Shown: positions 17,767-27,716 of the stretch, one piece after another
Numbering within the stretch: the stretch's first letter is position 1
Layout of the letters: each line of letters starts with the position of its first letter
DNA from: Thermoproteus sp.
Lineage (GTDB): Archaea > Thermoproteota > Thermoprotei > Thermoproteales > Thermoproteaceae
DNA: 64,000 bases
Assembly: GCA_049976425.1 (NCBI GenBank)
Contig: JBMFIG010000001.1
Coordinates: 1 to 64,000 of the forward strand
Direction of reading: 5' to 3'
Program-made: the position numbers and the translations under genes
Notes under the pieces: generated by a model
Seen by the model: only the letters and a program-made list of their open reading frames with translations
Databases searched by the model: none
What the model was told of the DNA's origin: nothing

Positions 17767-19353
17767 CTAGCCTTGTTCGGCCGCCTCTTCCTTTATCGAG
17801 GACGCCATGGACAAGACGTGTTTGGCGAGCTCCTCCACTGTGAGGCCCAGCTTGTTCTCGATCAGCTTGTAGAGGCTCTTCGCGAGCGCGTCCTTGTCGA
17901 GGCCTGTCACTATCGCCATGTTGTGGGCTATTTCGTCAACGTACTTGGCCAGCGACGTGTACTTGTTGAGGAGCTCCAACTCCCTCTCCTTCCTAGAGAG
18001 GTAGATCCTCAGCTTCCTCGCGGCGTCTCTCAACGCGAGCTTCATCTCCTCCTCTATCTCCTGTATTTCGGCTATCGCCTCCTTGCCGGCCGAGGCGTAG
18101 GGAACCTTCGTGGAGCACACGTGTATTATCACTGCGACGGGGGCGGGGAACTTAACCTTGTAGTTCTGCCAGTTGAACTCGTCGACTACTTTCCTCGCGA
18201 CGTCGGCCCCCTCGTCGTAGAGCAACGGGATCTTGTTGGCGTATCTGAGGAGTATCGGCTTGTCCACCGGAATTATCTGCCCTCCCCAAGCTATAGCCGC
18301 CTCGACTATGAAGGGATGTCCCGAGTAGCTACTGGGCTTCCTAGTCACCGCGAAGACGGCCTCTGCGCCCAGGATAGATTTGGCGCCTACCTCCAAGAGC
18401 TCGGGCCCGGCGGGCGAGAGCCAGTCGGCTCTCGGCCTCCGCCAGCCCTCGTAGGCCTTCATCTTCTCTACCAGAAGCACTATCTCGTCTTGGGTGAGGG
18501 AGCCCACGGGCTTATTGGGGTCCAACGCCGCCCATTCCAGGAAGGATCGCGCCAGTCCCTCCCCGACGCCGTCGAAGTTCTTGATCAGAAATTCGGCGAG
18601 AGTCGCCGTCTTGTTCTCCGAGATCATCTGCTTCACTGTGTCTACGTCCACGCTCTTGGGGTGGGGCAGGCCCTCCTCAGGGGGAGGAGGCATCTTGATG
18701 GTGCGCCTTTTCAGAAACATCTCCATATCTGGTCCCTTGAAATATATCTCTGCATATGGCGATATTATTGCAGTTCTTCTTAGATATTCTTCTATTCTCT
18801 TCTTGGAATTCAGCCAATTACCCTCTATAACCACTTTCACCGCAGTGCCGTGCCATTTATATTTATTTTCATATTCTTTCATATCAACTATAATGGGCTC
18901 ATTCTTTGTAGTATCTATCATTATTCTATATTCATATATCTTGTCTGAGCGGACCGCCGCCGATCTTACCGAGATCGGCCGGTTCGTGGTGCTCTGCGCA
19001 TACAACACTACCATCTTGAGGCCGAGGCCGAAGACGCCTCTATGTTGCTTTATCTTGTACTTAGAGCTGTAGAACACTCTGCCGAAGACGTTGGGTATTT
19101 CGTGGCCCGGTATCCCCACCCCGTTATCCTCCACATATACAGAATACCAGCTCTTCGCTTCGTCCACAGGCTTTATGGTAATAGTTATGTTGGGCAGAAT
19201 GCCGTAGGGCTCTGTGGCGTCTAGGCTGTTCTCGACGAGCTCTCTGACAGTCTGGTACATCGCCCTCGCGGGGTTTTGGAACCCCGCTATCTCCCTATTT
19301 CTCCTGAACCATTCAGCTACAGGAAGGGCCTCGTAGGCGTAGGTAACGGTCAC
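17767..19353 (-). CDS. top6B: DNA topoisomerase VI subunit B
   Basis: GHKL motifs RELVENSLDA, EDNGVGI and GVFGLG; RYANKIPLL. Confidence 0.95.
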   Translation of the reverse strand: MTVTYAYEALPVAEWFRRNREIAGFQNPARAMYQTVRELVENSLDATEPYGILPNITITIKPVDEAKSWYSVYVEDNGVGIPGHEIPNVFGRVFYSSKYKIKQHRGVFGLGLKMVVLYAQSTTNRPISVRSAAVRSDKIYEYRIMIDTTKNEPIIVDMKEYENKYKWHGTAVKVVIEGNWLNSKKRIEEYLRRTAIISPYAEIYFKGPDMEMFLKRRTIKMPPPPEEGLPHPKSVDVDTVKQMISENKTATLAEFLIKNFDGVGEGLARSFLEWAALDPNKPVGSLTQDEIVLLVEKMKAYEGWRRPRADWLSPAGPELLEVGAKSILGAEAVFAVTRKPSSYSGHPFIVEAAIAWGGQIIPVDKPILLRYANKIPLLYDEGADVARKVVDEFNWQNYKVKFPAPVAVIIHVCSTKVPYASAGKEAIAEIQEIEEEMKLALRDAARKLRIYLSRKERELELLNKYTSLAKYVDEIAHNMAIVTGLDKDALAKSLYKLIENKLGLTVEELAKHVLSMASSIKEEAAEQG

Positions 19354-19448
19354 GTGGGGGGTAAGATAGACGATTTAAAGCTTTGCAACCGGGCCGCGCC
19401 GCCCGGCGCTTGACGGCCGCCGGAGGTCTCCGCCCCGCATCACGAGGG

Positions 19449-20357
19449 CTATGCGTCTGCCTGGTCTTGGGCGCCCGACCTGCACCGAGCTATTTTCAAT
19501 ATCTTAGTAGCGGCGTCGGGCGCGTCGAAGCCGAAGACGTACCCGTTGGCCTCTATGCCTATCCCTCCCCTATCGAAAACCACGTCGTAGGCGCGGCTAC
19601 GCATGGCCGACGTTATGTTCTCTATGCTCTCCTCCTCGGTATTGCTGGGGCCCACTACAGCGTACTTGTAATTATATTTTTTAATGCAATCAATTAAACC
19701 TTCGTCATATTTTATATTTATGACTGCTTTTATATCCTTATGAATATTATTTATAGCTAATATAAGTTTGCCTAGAAATTTAGCGCCCCATAGCTGGGGC
19801 TCGGATGTAGTCGCGAGGGTTTCCCCCACGACCGAGATACGGCTGGGATATCCGATAGGGCCCTCGCCGCTGAGCTCTACTATATTCATTAAAACCCTTG
19901 GGACTAAATTTATTATATATTTATTGTTTTTTAACATATTAAAACTAATAATTATTCTATTTTTAACATCATTTATAATTGATATATTTTTACATACATC
20001 GCAGTCTTTTAGGTAGGGCGCCACGCGTTTGTGGAACTCGCAGAACCTCAACGACGAGAGTAGGGACAACACGAAGTTGTTCAGGTACTCCACGGCCTCA
20101 GGGTAGTTCTGTTGATCCACCGCGGCTATAACGACATCGACAACTCTGTCTACCTCCTCTCTGGATAGCCCTACCTCTGCAAGCCTCCGCTCATAGTGTC
20201 CCCTATCCAGTTTAAGATATGCGCTCACGGCCGGCTGGGATATGCCGAGTATCTGGCCTATCCTGCTCTGCGAAAAGCCGCGGCGCGAGAGCTCGTGCGC
20301 TATCAATCCCTTGAGCGGCTGCATCACTCTCTCCGACAAGAGCTCTAGGGGAAACAT
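19449..20357 (-). CDS. HTH + ThiN (thiamine-phosphate synthase-like) regulator, ThiR-like
   Basis: GFSQSRIGQILGISQPAVSAYL HTH; LVPRVLMNI, AVINIKYD and DRGGIGIE ThiN-like motifs. Confidence 0.8.
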   Translation of the reverse strand: MFPLELLSERVMQPLKGLIAHELSRRGFSQSRIGQILGISQPAVSAYLKLDRGHYERRLAEVGLSREEVDRVVDVVIAAVDQQNYPEAVEYLNNFVLSLLSSLRFCEFHKRVAPYLKDCDVCKNISIINDVKNRIIISFNMLKNNKYIINLVPRVLMNIVELSGEGPIGYPSRISVVGETLATTSEPQLWGAKFLGKLILAINNIHKDIKAVINIKYDEGLIDCIKKYNYKYAVVGPSNTEEESIENITSAMRSRAYDVVFDRGGIGIEANGYVFGFDAPDAATKILKIARCRSGAQDQADA

Positions 20358-20461
20358 GACACATATAGAGGCCGATAAATATATGCCCTTGTATTCAAGC
20401 CGCCGATCTCCATAGCCAGAGGGCGCGAAACCTTATTATTTAACGCCGGCAGGTTGGGTGC

Positions 20462-21397
20462 GTGATAAGCCACGTAGCGTTGCAGTTAGGAGAGCGTAAG
20501 ATATCCGGCGAGCTGACCCCGCTGACATTTGTAACAGGATCAGGTAAAAGCGTCTTCATAAATTCTATTTATTTAATTTTATCTAATATTGGGTCTAAAA
20601 TACCAAAAATTTATTATAATAAATTTAATATATCTATAAAAATAAATAATAAAGTTTTTTCATTACAAAAAAACGGCAAAATTTATAGACAGATATTCGA
20701 GGACGGAGGCAGGAAAGTCGCGATAGAGTACGGAGTCTTGAACGGCTCCCGTATCAGTAGGGTGGTGGAGCCGTTCGAGCTTACGATAAAAAACGCGGAT
20801 ATCCTGATGCCTCAGGTAGACGTCGCCGAGCACGTCTCCATACTGGCCGACGAGGAGGTCGAAGAGGTGAACAGGCTTCTGGGCGAGTTTAGAAAGACCT
20901 TCTCGCTGAAGGCTATCTTGTTGGGCCCGTATATAGATCCGAGGACGTTCCACGACGCCGCCAAGGCTACGGGCGTCCTCAAGCCCAACGGAAGCAACCT
21001 AGTCGGCGTGTTGGCCAAGCTAGCCCTCAAAGCCCCTGATGCCTACGACAGGCTCAGGGCATCTTTCAGGAAAAAGGGCATTAAACTCGCCGTGGGGCTG
21101 GCGAGGGAGGGCGTTCTAGCCGGCGTGGCGTATATCGGCGGCGCCAAGATCCCGATCTCTAGGCTTCCCTGTAGCCTGAAGACCGCGCTGGCGTTGGCCA
21201 CCGCAGTCATAACAAGGCCCGACCTGCTACTCGTCGACAACTTCGATTATTGTTTCAACGAGAACGTGGCCGAGATGCTGTCCAGCTACCTCAACGAGCA
21301 GATATCCAGAGGTCAGATAGTGGCTGAAATACACAGGCCCGACGTCGCCGAGCTGTTCAAGACCCAGTATAAGTCAATACTTTCGGTATCTCTTTGA
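20462..21397 (+). CDS. Divergent ABC/AAA-type ATPase-like protein
   Basis: Truncated P-loop FVTGSGKS and LLLVDNFD Walker-B-like motif. Confidence 0.6.
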   Translation: MISHVALQLGERKISGELTPLTFVTGSGKSVFINSIYLILSNIGSKIPKIYYNKFNISIKINNKVFSLQKNGKIYRQIFEDGGRKVAIEYGVLNGSRISRVVEPFELTIKNADILMPQVDVAEHVSILADEEVEEVNRLLGEFRKTFSLKAILLGPYIDPRTFHDAAKATGVLKPNGSNLVGVLAKLALKAPDAYDRLRASFRKKGIKLAVGLAREGVLAGVAYIGGAKIPISRLPCSLKTALALATAVITRPDLLLVDNFDYCFNENVAEMLSSYLNEQISRGQIVAEIHRPDVAELFKTQYKSILSVSL

Positions 21398-21406
21398 TTA
21401 CGTGTA

Positions 21407-21613
21407 CTACACGTATACTTCCAATTCCTGAAGGATTTTGACTACCTTCTGAAGCTCATTGAGCTCTCTCTGGGCTATTCTCAAAGCCTCCTCGACCACT
21501 TCGCGCGTGGGTCCCCCCACCTCGAACTCGTACAGGACATAGTTCAGAATCGCCCTAGCGCCTAGGCCCTCCACCTCCTTCAAGCTTTTCCTGAGAACCT
21601 CTGCCGGATCCAC
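21407..21613 (-). CDS. Small helical hypothetical protein
   Basis: 68-aa ORF overlapping the DUF54-like gene; coding-like composition. Confidence 0.6.
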   Translation of the reverse strand: MDPAEVLRKSLKEVEGLGARAILNYVLYEFEVGGPTREVVEEALRIAQRELNELQKVVKILQELEVYV

Positions 21614-22022
21614 GCAACCTTACAAATGTCTCTATTAAGCTATTTGCCGCGGCGCGGGGCACCCTGACCTCTACATGGATTACGTCGTCGCCGCTGTCGA
21701 GCCGCAGAAGTCCTTGTAAGGCCTTCTGCTTATTAAATCTGATAAATAATTTATTTTTATATATATTTATATTATTTAACAATATTTGAAAATCTAAATT
21801 ATCTATTGATTTAAGTATATTAGCGAAGATAGTTGTGGCGTAGCAACCGACGACCTCCGCGTACATCATGGTGATGACATTGCCGTAATATCCTGTTACC
21901 TTCTCGATGTGTATCTCGCCCGGCAACACGTTCCTCAACGCCTTGGCGACCCTGTCGCAATCCTCCGTGGAGTGGCAATAGGCGACTGCCTTTATCGACC
22001 TAACAGGACAAGGCTCCTGCAC
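21555..22022 (-). CDS. RNA-binding protein (DUF54-like) of the exosome/proteasome neighbourhood
   Basis: HSTED, GYYGNVI, LFIRFNKQ and GDDVIHV motifs. Confidence 0.8.
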   Translation of the reverse strand: MQEPCPVRSIKAVAYCHSTEDCDRVAKALRNVLPGEIHIEKVTGYYGNVITMMYAEVVGCYATTIFANILKSIDNLDFQILLNNINIYKNKLFIRFNKQKALQGLLRLDSGDDVIHVEVRVPRAAANSLIETFVRLRGSGRGSQEKLEGGGGPRR

Positions 22023-22071
22023 AGCCCATGCTGATGTGCTAATATTTAAATTGGAGAATTAGAGGGCTACC

Positions 22072-22791
22072 ATGTTCCCGCCTTCAATGGCAGGTTACGA
22101 CAGAGCCATAACGATATTCTCGCCTGAGGGTAAGCTCTACCAAGTAGAGTACGCGGGCGAGGCCGTGAAGAGGGGTTGGCCGACTGTCGGCGTCAAGTGC
22201 TCCTCCGGCGTGGTCCTGGCGGCCGAGAAGCGCAAGATATCGCAGTTGTTCGACCCGTCGTCGTTGGAGAAGATATATATCGTGGACGACCACGTGGCGA
22301 TCTCGCCTTCCGGCCTTCTGGCGGATGCCAGAGTGCTCGTCGACTACGCCAGATCGGTCGCGTTGACTCACAGATTTCTCTACGACGAGCCTATAGACGT
22401 CGAGGTGTTGACCAAGGACATATGCAACCTGAAGCAACAATACACGCAGTTCGGGGGCGCCAGGCCTTTCGGCGTTGCCCTGTTGGTGGCCGGCATAGAT
22501 AGGCAGGGCCCTAAGCTCTTCCAGACAGATCCGGGCGGCGTTTATCTCGGCTACTACGCGACGGCGATAGGGGCCGAGTCCACGGCCATCGTCGAATTCT
22601 TGGAGAAGAACTACAGCCACGACGTGGACGTGCCTCAATGCATCGAGCTGGCCCTGAGAGCCCTCAGCACCGCGATGGAGTCTATCGATGTGGATAGGAT
22701 AGAGGTCGCGTACGGCGATGTGAAGAGCAAGGTTATGAGGAAGATGTCTAAGGAGGAGCTCGCCCCCATTCTGGCGAAAATCAAGAAGTAG
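22072..22791 (+). CDS. psmA: Proteasome alpha subunit
   Basis: YDRAITIFSPEGKLYQVEYA; RPFGVALL. Confidence 0.97.
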   Translation: MFPPSMAGYDRAITIFSPEGKLYQVEYAGEAVKRGWPTVGVKCSSGVVLAAEKRKISQLFDPSSLEKIYIVDDHVAISPSGLLADARVLVDYARSVALTHRFLYDEPIDVEVLTKDICNLKQQYTQFGGARPFGVALLVAGIDRQGPKLFQTDPGGVYLGYYATAIGAESTAIVEFLEKNYSHDVDVPQCIELALRALSTAMESIDVDRIEVAYGDVKSKVMRKMSKEELAPILAKIKK

Positions 22792-23101
22792 CTCTCCGGG
22801 CGCAGAGCTCCGCTATAATCAACAACTGCTTTGCGAGCTCGCCCGGCGTTATGCCTCTGGACATACATTTAGTTACGTCTATGGTGACCTTGAGCTTTCC
22901 CTCCCCCTCTCTACATACTCTAAGCAACTCCGTCTCGACACAGACGTCTCCAGACGCGCCGAGTCCTTCGGCAAGACATCCCAGAGAGACCGGGCCCTCT
23001 ATCTCGCACGGCACGTAGTAGCCGCCCTCGCCTCTATAGTTGGTGTAGGCCATATCGCACTCTATATGCACAACGCCTCTATCGGCCACATATACGCTCA
23101 C
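22781..23101 (-). CDS. Hypothetical Cys-rich protein
   Basis: 106 aa with several Cys, antisense between psmA and SBDS; upstream TTAAATA-like TATA. Confidence 0.65.
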   Translation of the reverse strand: MSVYVADRGVVHIECDMAYTNYRGEGGYYVPCEIEGPVSLGCLAEGLGASGDVCVETELLRVCREGEGKLKVTIDVTKCMSRGITPGELAKQLLIIAELCARRATS

Positions 23102-23182
23102 GGCTTTCCGATAACATCGTTATTTAAGCTCGAACGTCCCCGTCTCGATAGATTTATTTCTCGTGTTTTTATAGGTGCTTAT

Positions 23183-23878
23183 ATGACTAAGGTGGCTATA
23201 GCGAAGTTGGATCGTGCCGGCGAGCACTTCGAGATCTTGGTAGATCCCGACGCCGCGTTGGAGCTGAAGACGGGGAAGCCGATAGGTCTAGATAAGGTGC
23301 TGGTCCACGAGGAGATCTATAAGGATGCCCGTAAAGGCCTTAGGGCCTCCGAACAGGCGTTAAAGAAGGCGTTTGGGACTACCGACGTCCACAAGGTGGC
23401 CGAGATCATAATAAGGGAGGGGGAAATCCCCATAACCGCCGAGCAGAGGCGCAAGATGGTCGAGGACAAGAGGAGGCAGATAGTCGAATGGATCTCGCGC
23501 AACTGCATCGACGTGCGGACCAAGACCCCCGTGCCGCCCCAGAGGGTAGAGAACGCCTTGGAGCAAGTGCGCGCGGCTATAGATCCGTTTAAGCCGGTGG
23601 AGGAGCAGATAAACCACATCTTGAAGGAGCTCCAGAGAGTCCTTCCGATAAAGGTGGCCACTGTCAGGATAGCGGTAAGCGTGTCGTCGCAATACGCGCA
23701 GAAGGTGAAGGGCTTCGTGGGCAAGTCTGCAAAGATAGTCAACGAGAGGTTCAGGAGCGACGGGTCGTGGGAGGCCGTGGTCGAGGCGCCTGCGGGCCTT
23801 CAAGATATGATAATAGGGAGGGTCAACGACATAACCCACGGAGAAGGCGACGTGAAGATACTAGAAATAGTGTATTGA
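23183..23878 (+). CDS. Ribosome maturation factor SBDS/SDO1
   Basis: GEHFEILVDP, IYKDARKG, KAFGTTD, PVPPQRVE; start at ATG 23183. Confidence 0.93.
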   Translation: MTKVAIAKLDRAGEHFEILVDPDAALELKTGKPIGLDKVLVHEEIYKDARKGLRASEQALKKAFGTTDVHKVAEIIIREGEIPITAEQRRKMVEDKRRQIVEWISRNCIDVRTKTPVPPQRVENALEQVRAAIDPFKPVEEQINHILKELQRVLPIKVATVRIAVSVSSQYAQKVKGFVGKSAKIVNERFRSDGSWEAVVEAPAGLQDMIIGRVNDITHGEGDVKILEIVY

Positions 23879-24588
23879 TGAAGTACGTATCCCCTAGACA
23901 AGTGATATTCCCCGGCGACTTGGTGGCGACCTCGGACGAGAGCGTAGAGGGCGCCGTGTATATCGACGACGGGAAGTACAGAGCGTCCTCCGTCGGCCTG
24001 GTGGAGTTCAGAGACAACAAGATAGTCGTAGTGCCTCTGGAGGGCTCCTACAGACCTAAGCCCGGCGACGTTGTGATCGGATACGTCACCGACGTCCTTG
24101 CGTCGGGTTGGGAGGTCGACGTGAGGGCGCCTCTGGCGGCGTGGTTGCCCGTGAGCGAGGCCACGGCCAAGTACATAGATCTCGAGAAGACCAGCTTGAC
24201 GAGCCTCCTCAATATAGGCGATGCCGTTATAGCCGTGGTGAAGGACGTGGATCTGACCGACGAGTTCCCCGTAATGCTGACGCTCAGAGAAGGCGAGAGG
24301 TTGGGCAAGATAGAGAGCGGGTTCGTGGTCGAGCTCTCGCCTGTCAAGGTACCGCGCGTGATCGGCAAGAGGGGTAGTATGATCTCCACGATCTCGGAGC
24401 TCGGTTGCGATATTATAGTTGGCCAGAACGGGAGGCTGTGGGCAAAGTGCCCCGGACCTGACGCCGAATTCGCGTTGTTGCAAATAATAGAGAAGATAGA
24501 TAGGGAGAGCCATGTGGCCGGGCTTACCGACAGGGTCAAGGCGCTAGTTGAAAGATATAAAACCGGTGCGGGTTCGGCTAGGCAATGA
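23878..24588 (+). CDS. rrp4: Exosome RNA-binding protein Rrp4
   Basis: S1 domain (YRPKPGDVVIG) plus KH domain (KVPRVIGKRGSM, GQNG). Confidence 0.93.
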   Translation: MKYVSPRQVIFPGDLVATSDESVEGAVYIDDGKYRASSVGLVEFRDNKIVVVPLEGSYRPKPGDVVIGYVTDVLASGWEVDVRAPLAAWLPVSEATAKYIDLEKTSLTSLLNIGDAVIAVVKDVDLTDEFPVMLTLREGERLGKIESGFVVELSPVKVPRVIGKRGSMISTISELGCDIIVGQNGRLWAKCPGPDAEFALLQIIEKIDRESHVAGLTDRVKALVERYKTGAGSARQ

Positions 24589-25322
24589 AGCAACCGCCTG
24601 TGCCTCTGCTGGTAGAGGGCAGAAGAGCTGACGGGAGGACGCCAGACCAGATGCGTGAGGTCAAGATATCTGTCGGCGTTATCTCCAACGCCGACGGCTC
24701 CGCCATGGTGTCCTACGGCAACACCACGGCCGTTGCTGCAGTATACGGCCCGCGCGAGATGCACCCGAGGCATTTGTCCCTGCCGGATCGCGCCGTTATG
24801 CGCGTGAGGTACCACATGGCGCCCTTCAGCACTAGGGACGAGCGCAAGAACCCGGCGCCGTCGCGCCGCGAGATAGAGATCTCGAAGGTGTTGAGGGAGG
24901 CGCTTGAGCCCGCGATATTTCTGGAGCAGTTCCCGCGTTCCCGCATAGACGTATTCGTCGAGATAGTCCAGGCAGACGGATCCACGCGGGTGGCCTCGTT
25001 GACCGCGGCATCCCTCGCGCTCGCCGACGCTGGCGTGCCCATGAGGGATTTGGTGATAGGCGTATCGGTCGGCCTAGTCAACGGCACCGTCGTGTTGGAT
25101 CTCAACGGGCTTGAGGACAACTACGGCGAGGGCGATATGCCGGTCGGATATATGCCGAACCTAGGCCGGATAACCCTCTTACAGCTCGACGGCTCGTGGA
25201 GTAGGGATAAGTTCGCCGAGGCCTTAAGGCTCGCCATAAAGGGGGCCGAGTACGTCTACGGCAAGGCGCGCGAGGCGCTTAAGACAAAATACTTTGAAAT
25301 AGCCGAGGAAGTAGCCAAATAA
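24585..25322 (+). CDS. rrp41: Exosome exonuclease Rrp41
   Basis: RADGR, YHMAPFS, ADGSTR; RNase PH fold. Confidence 0.95.
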   Translation: MKQPPVPLLVEGRRADGRTPDQMREVKISVGVISNADGSAMVSYGNTTAVAAVYGPREMHPRHLSLPDRAVMRVRYHMAPFSTRDERKNPAPSRREIEISKVLREALEPAIFLEQFPRSRIDVFVEIVQADGSTRVASLTAASLALADAGVPMRDLVIGVSVGLVNGTVVLDLNGLEDNYGEGDMPVGYMPNLGRITLLQLDGSWSRDKFAEALRLAIKGAEYVYGKAREALKTKYFEIAEEVAK

Positions 25323-26143
25323 TGGCGTCAATATCGCCCTACAGCAAACGCTTCATCTCGTACATACGACGTAACCAGATAAGGAGGCTTATATCCTCGG
25401 GCGTTAGGATAGACGGCAGAACGCCGGATCAGCTGAGGGAGGTATCCATTACGACTAACGTGGTCAACACGGCTGACGGATCGGCGGAGGCATTGTTGGG
25501 AAAGACCAGGGTCGTGGCCGGGGTTAAGGTCGGCCTGGGCCAGCCGTTTCCCGACGCGCCTGATGAGGGGGTGTTGATCGTAAACGCCGAGATCTTGCCC
25601 CACGCATCTCCCTACAGCGAGATAGGACCGCCGGACGAGACGGCCATAGAGCTCGCCCGCGTTGTCGACCGCGGCATACGCCACAGCGGCTTCGTGGACT
25701 TTAAGAAGCTGGCGATAGACCAGAACAAGGTCTACGTACTTTGGGTAGATCTCTATGTCCTAAACGACGACGGCAACCTCGTCGACGCCGCGAACCTCGC
25801 CGCTCTGGCTGCGTTGAGATCCACCATGTTGCCGTCGGCGGTCAAGGACGAGACAGGAGTCAAGTTAGATAGAAATAGCAAGACGGCGCTTCCGTCCGAT
25901 CTATCCAAGGCGCCGATAGCCGTCTCGATAGGGAAAATAGACAACCGTCTCATAGTGGATCCCAACTTCGAGGAGGAGCTCTCGCTGGACGGCCGAATAA
26001 CCGTGACCATAGCTCAAGACTCCATAGTGTCTATACAGAAGACGATGGGCTACTTCACGGAACAAGAGCTTGGGCAAGCGGTGGATCTCGCCTACTCTGT
26101 CAGGGATAAGTTCAGGGATATATTGCTGAAGAGTCTGGTCTAG
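25322..26143 (+). CDS. rrp42: Exosome component Rrp42
   Basis: RIDGR, PFPDAPDEG, ELARVVDRGIR, DDGNLVDA. Confidence 0.95.
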   Translation: MASISPYSKRFISYIRRNQIRRLISSGVRIDGRTPDQLREVSITTNVVNTADGSAEALLGKTRVVAGVKVGLGQPFPDAPDEGVLIVNAEILPHASPYSEIGPPDETAIELARVVDRGIRHSGFVDFKKLAIDQNKVYVLWVDLYVLNDDGNLVDAANLAALAALRSTMLPSAVKDETGVKLDRNSKTALPSDLSKAPIAVSIGKIDNRLIVDPNFEEELSLDGRITVTIAQDSIVSIQKTMGYFTEQELGQAVDLAYSVRDKFRDILLKSLV

Positions 26144-26204
26144 CCGGGGCCCTGTATCAAGCCGTCGGCCGCTAAATTTTATATAGCCCAGATCATTTGG
26201 GCCC

Positions 26205-26522
26205 ATGCCTTATAGCCACACCAAGGTAGTGGGGCCCGCGGGCAGATACGGCGCGCGCTACGGCATGGGCATAAGGAGGAAGATAACCGCTATAGAGGTC
26301 AAGCAGAGGGGCCTACATCGCTGTCCCAACTGTAGATCATTAGTTAGGCTGAGGCGCCTCGCTTTCGGCATCTGGCAATGCCCCAAATGCGGCTTCACCT
26401 TCGCCGGCGGCGCTTGGATCCCACAGACGATACTGGGCAGGACTCTGACTCCTGAGGAGCTTAAGCAAGTCGAGATACAGAAGGCCAGGTGGAGAGGGGC
26501 GTCGCAAGAATCCGGCTCGTGA
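26205..26522 (+). CDS. rpl37ae: 50S ribosomal protein L37Ae
   Basis: GPAGRYGARYG, CPNC/CPKC zinc ribbon, AGGAW. Confidence 0.95.
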   Translation: MPYSHTKVVGPAGRYGARYGMGIRRKITAIEVKQRGLHRCPNCRSLVRLRRLAFGIWQCPKCGFTFAGGAWIPQTILGRTLTPEELKQVEIQKARWRGASQESGS

Positions 26523-27079
26523 CGAGAGTCCTGGCGACTTCCTCTCGACTCTATTCCAAAAAAATTAACGAGTTCCTGAACGAGTTCTCGGTTGCGTTGC
26601 CCGGCGTCGAGAAAATAGTGAGGGGGAAACGGTCCTACAGGGCTTTGCTGGAAGAAGCGGTAATTAGGGGCGCCAGATACATCATGTTAGTGACCTCTCG
26701 ACGAGGCAACCCTGCATCTCTGGAGTTCTTAGACGTAGCGGGGCGCCGCTGGCTCCCCTACTCGATCCCCATATCCGGCGTGAAGATGCGGGAGGATCTC
26801 CAGATATATGTGGCCAGAAAGCCCAAGGCTTGTTGCGCGGCTATAGTTGACTACACGGCGAGCGAGCTGGCCGACGTGTTTCTAGAGGTGTTCGGGTATC
26901 CACTGTTCTACTCCGTGGATCTAGAGAAGATTAGAGGCCGTTACGACACGTTGGTGGTGATCAGGGGGAGGCCGGGGAGCTACTTAGTAGAGCTAATCGA
27001 CGGGAGGGATCTAGGGCCGCGAGGTCTTGCTATAAAAGTTAAAGGGATAAAAATTAAATATGTACGAAATATTAATTAG
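26489..27079 (+). CDS. Brix/Imp4-domain ribosome biogenesis protein
   Basis: TSSR, RGKRS, RRGNP; superoperon position. Confidence 0.75.
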   Translation: MERGVARIRLVTRVLATSSRLYSKKINEFLNEFSVALPGVEKIVRGKRSYRALLEEAVIRGARYIMLVTSRRGNPASLEFLDVAGRRWLPYSIPISGVKMREDLQIYVARKPKACCAAIVDYTASELADVFLEVFGYPLFYSVDLEKIRGRYDTLVVIRGRPGSYLVELIDGRDLGPRGLAIKVKGIKIKYVRNIN

Positions 27080-27281
27080 GATTAAAAAAGATGAAATTAT
27101 TGAAAAAATATTTAAATCATTGGAAAAAGAAGTGGTTTTTCATAGAGGAAGAATTAAAATATTTGACAAGGGAGATCAACTCGAGGTGCGGGCGTATGCG
27201 GCCGATATAGCTAGCGCCAGGAGCTTGGCCAACACGATATTGAGAGTACTCTACGTAATTGAGGGCGTCGAGGGACTCTAG
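27060..27281 (+). CDS. pcc1: KEOPS complex subunit Pcc1
   Basis: 73 aa, AADIASARSLANTILR; between Brix and prefoldin beta. Confidence 0.75.
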   Translation: MYEILIRIKKDEIIEKIFKSLEKEVVFHRGRIKIFDKGDQLEVRAYAADIASARSLANTILRVLYVIEGVEGL

Positions 27282-27320
27282 GCATCCGAAAAAATTTAAA
27301 GGGTGCTCGGTCTCATCCTC

Positions 27321-27716
27321 ATGGCTCAACTCCCGCCGTCGCTTCAAGATCTCGTGAATAGGTTTCAGCAGGCGCAGAACCAGCTACAGAGCGTCTTGCT
27401 TAGGAAACAACAGTACGAGGCCGAGTTGCGGGATGTGGAGAAGGCGATGGGCGAGATAGAGAAATTGCCGCAGGACGCCAAGGTCTATAAATCTGTGGGC
27501 AATTTCCTTCTACAGACAAGCAGAGACGTAGCTCTCCAAGAATTGAAGGAGAGGAAGGAGCTCCTCGAGCTACACATAAAGACCCTCTCGAGACAGGAGT
27601 CTATGTTGAGGGAACAGCTGGACAAACTGCGAGATGATATAAATAAAGAGTTGGCTCGGATTAGAGGAGGTGGAGAGAAGCAACAGACAGGCGCGGCCGC
27701 AAAGGGAGGAGGTTAA
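27321..27716 (+). CDS. pfdB: Prefoldin beta subunit
   Basis: QLPP, VYKSVGNFLL, flanking coiled coils. Confidence 0.93.
   Translation: MAQLPPSLQDLVNRFQQAQNQLQSVLLRKQQYEAELRDVEKAMGEIEKLPQDAKVYKSVGNFLLQTSRDVALQELKERKELLELHIKTLSRQESMLREQLDKLRDDINKELARIRGGGEKQQTGAAAKGGG

Noticed and set aside
17728-18783. 351-aa plus-strand ORF and similar long shadow ORFs (e.g. 3789-4607, 7310-8059, 62365-63129, 63246-63950)
   Set aside because: They are antisense to well-supported genes, lack motifs, and are expected in high-GC coding DNA.
19385-19450. GC-rich hairpin as a possible sRNA
   Set aside because: No convincing C/D boxes or K-turn, and the nearby TATA is explained by top6B.
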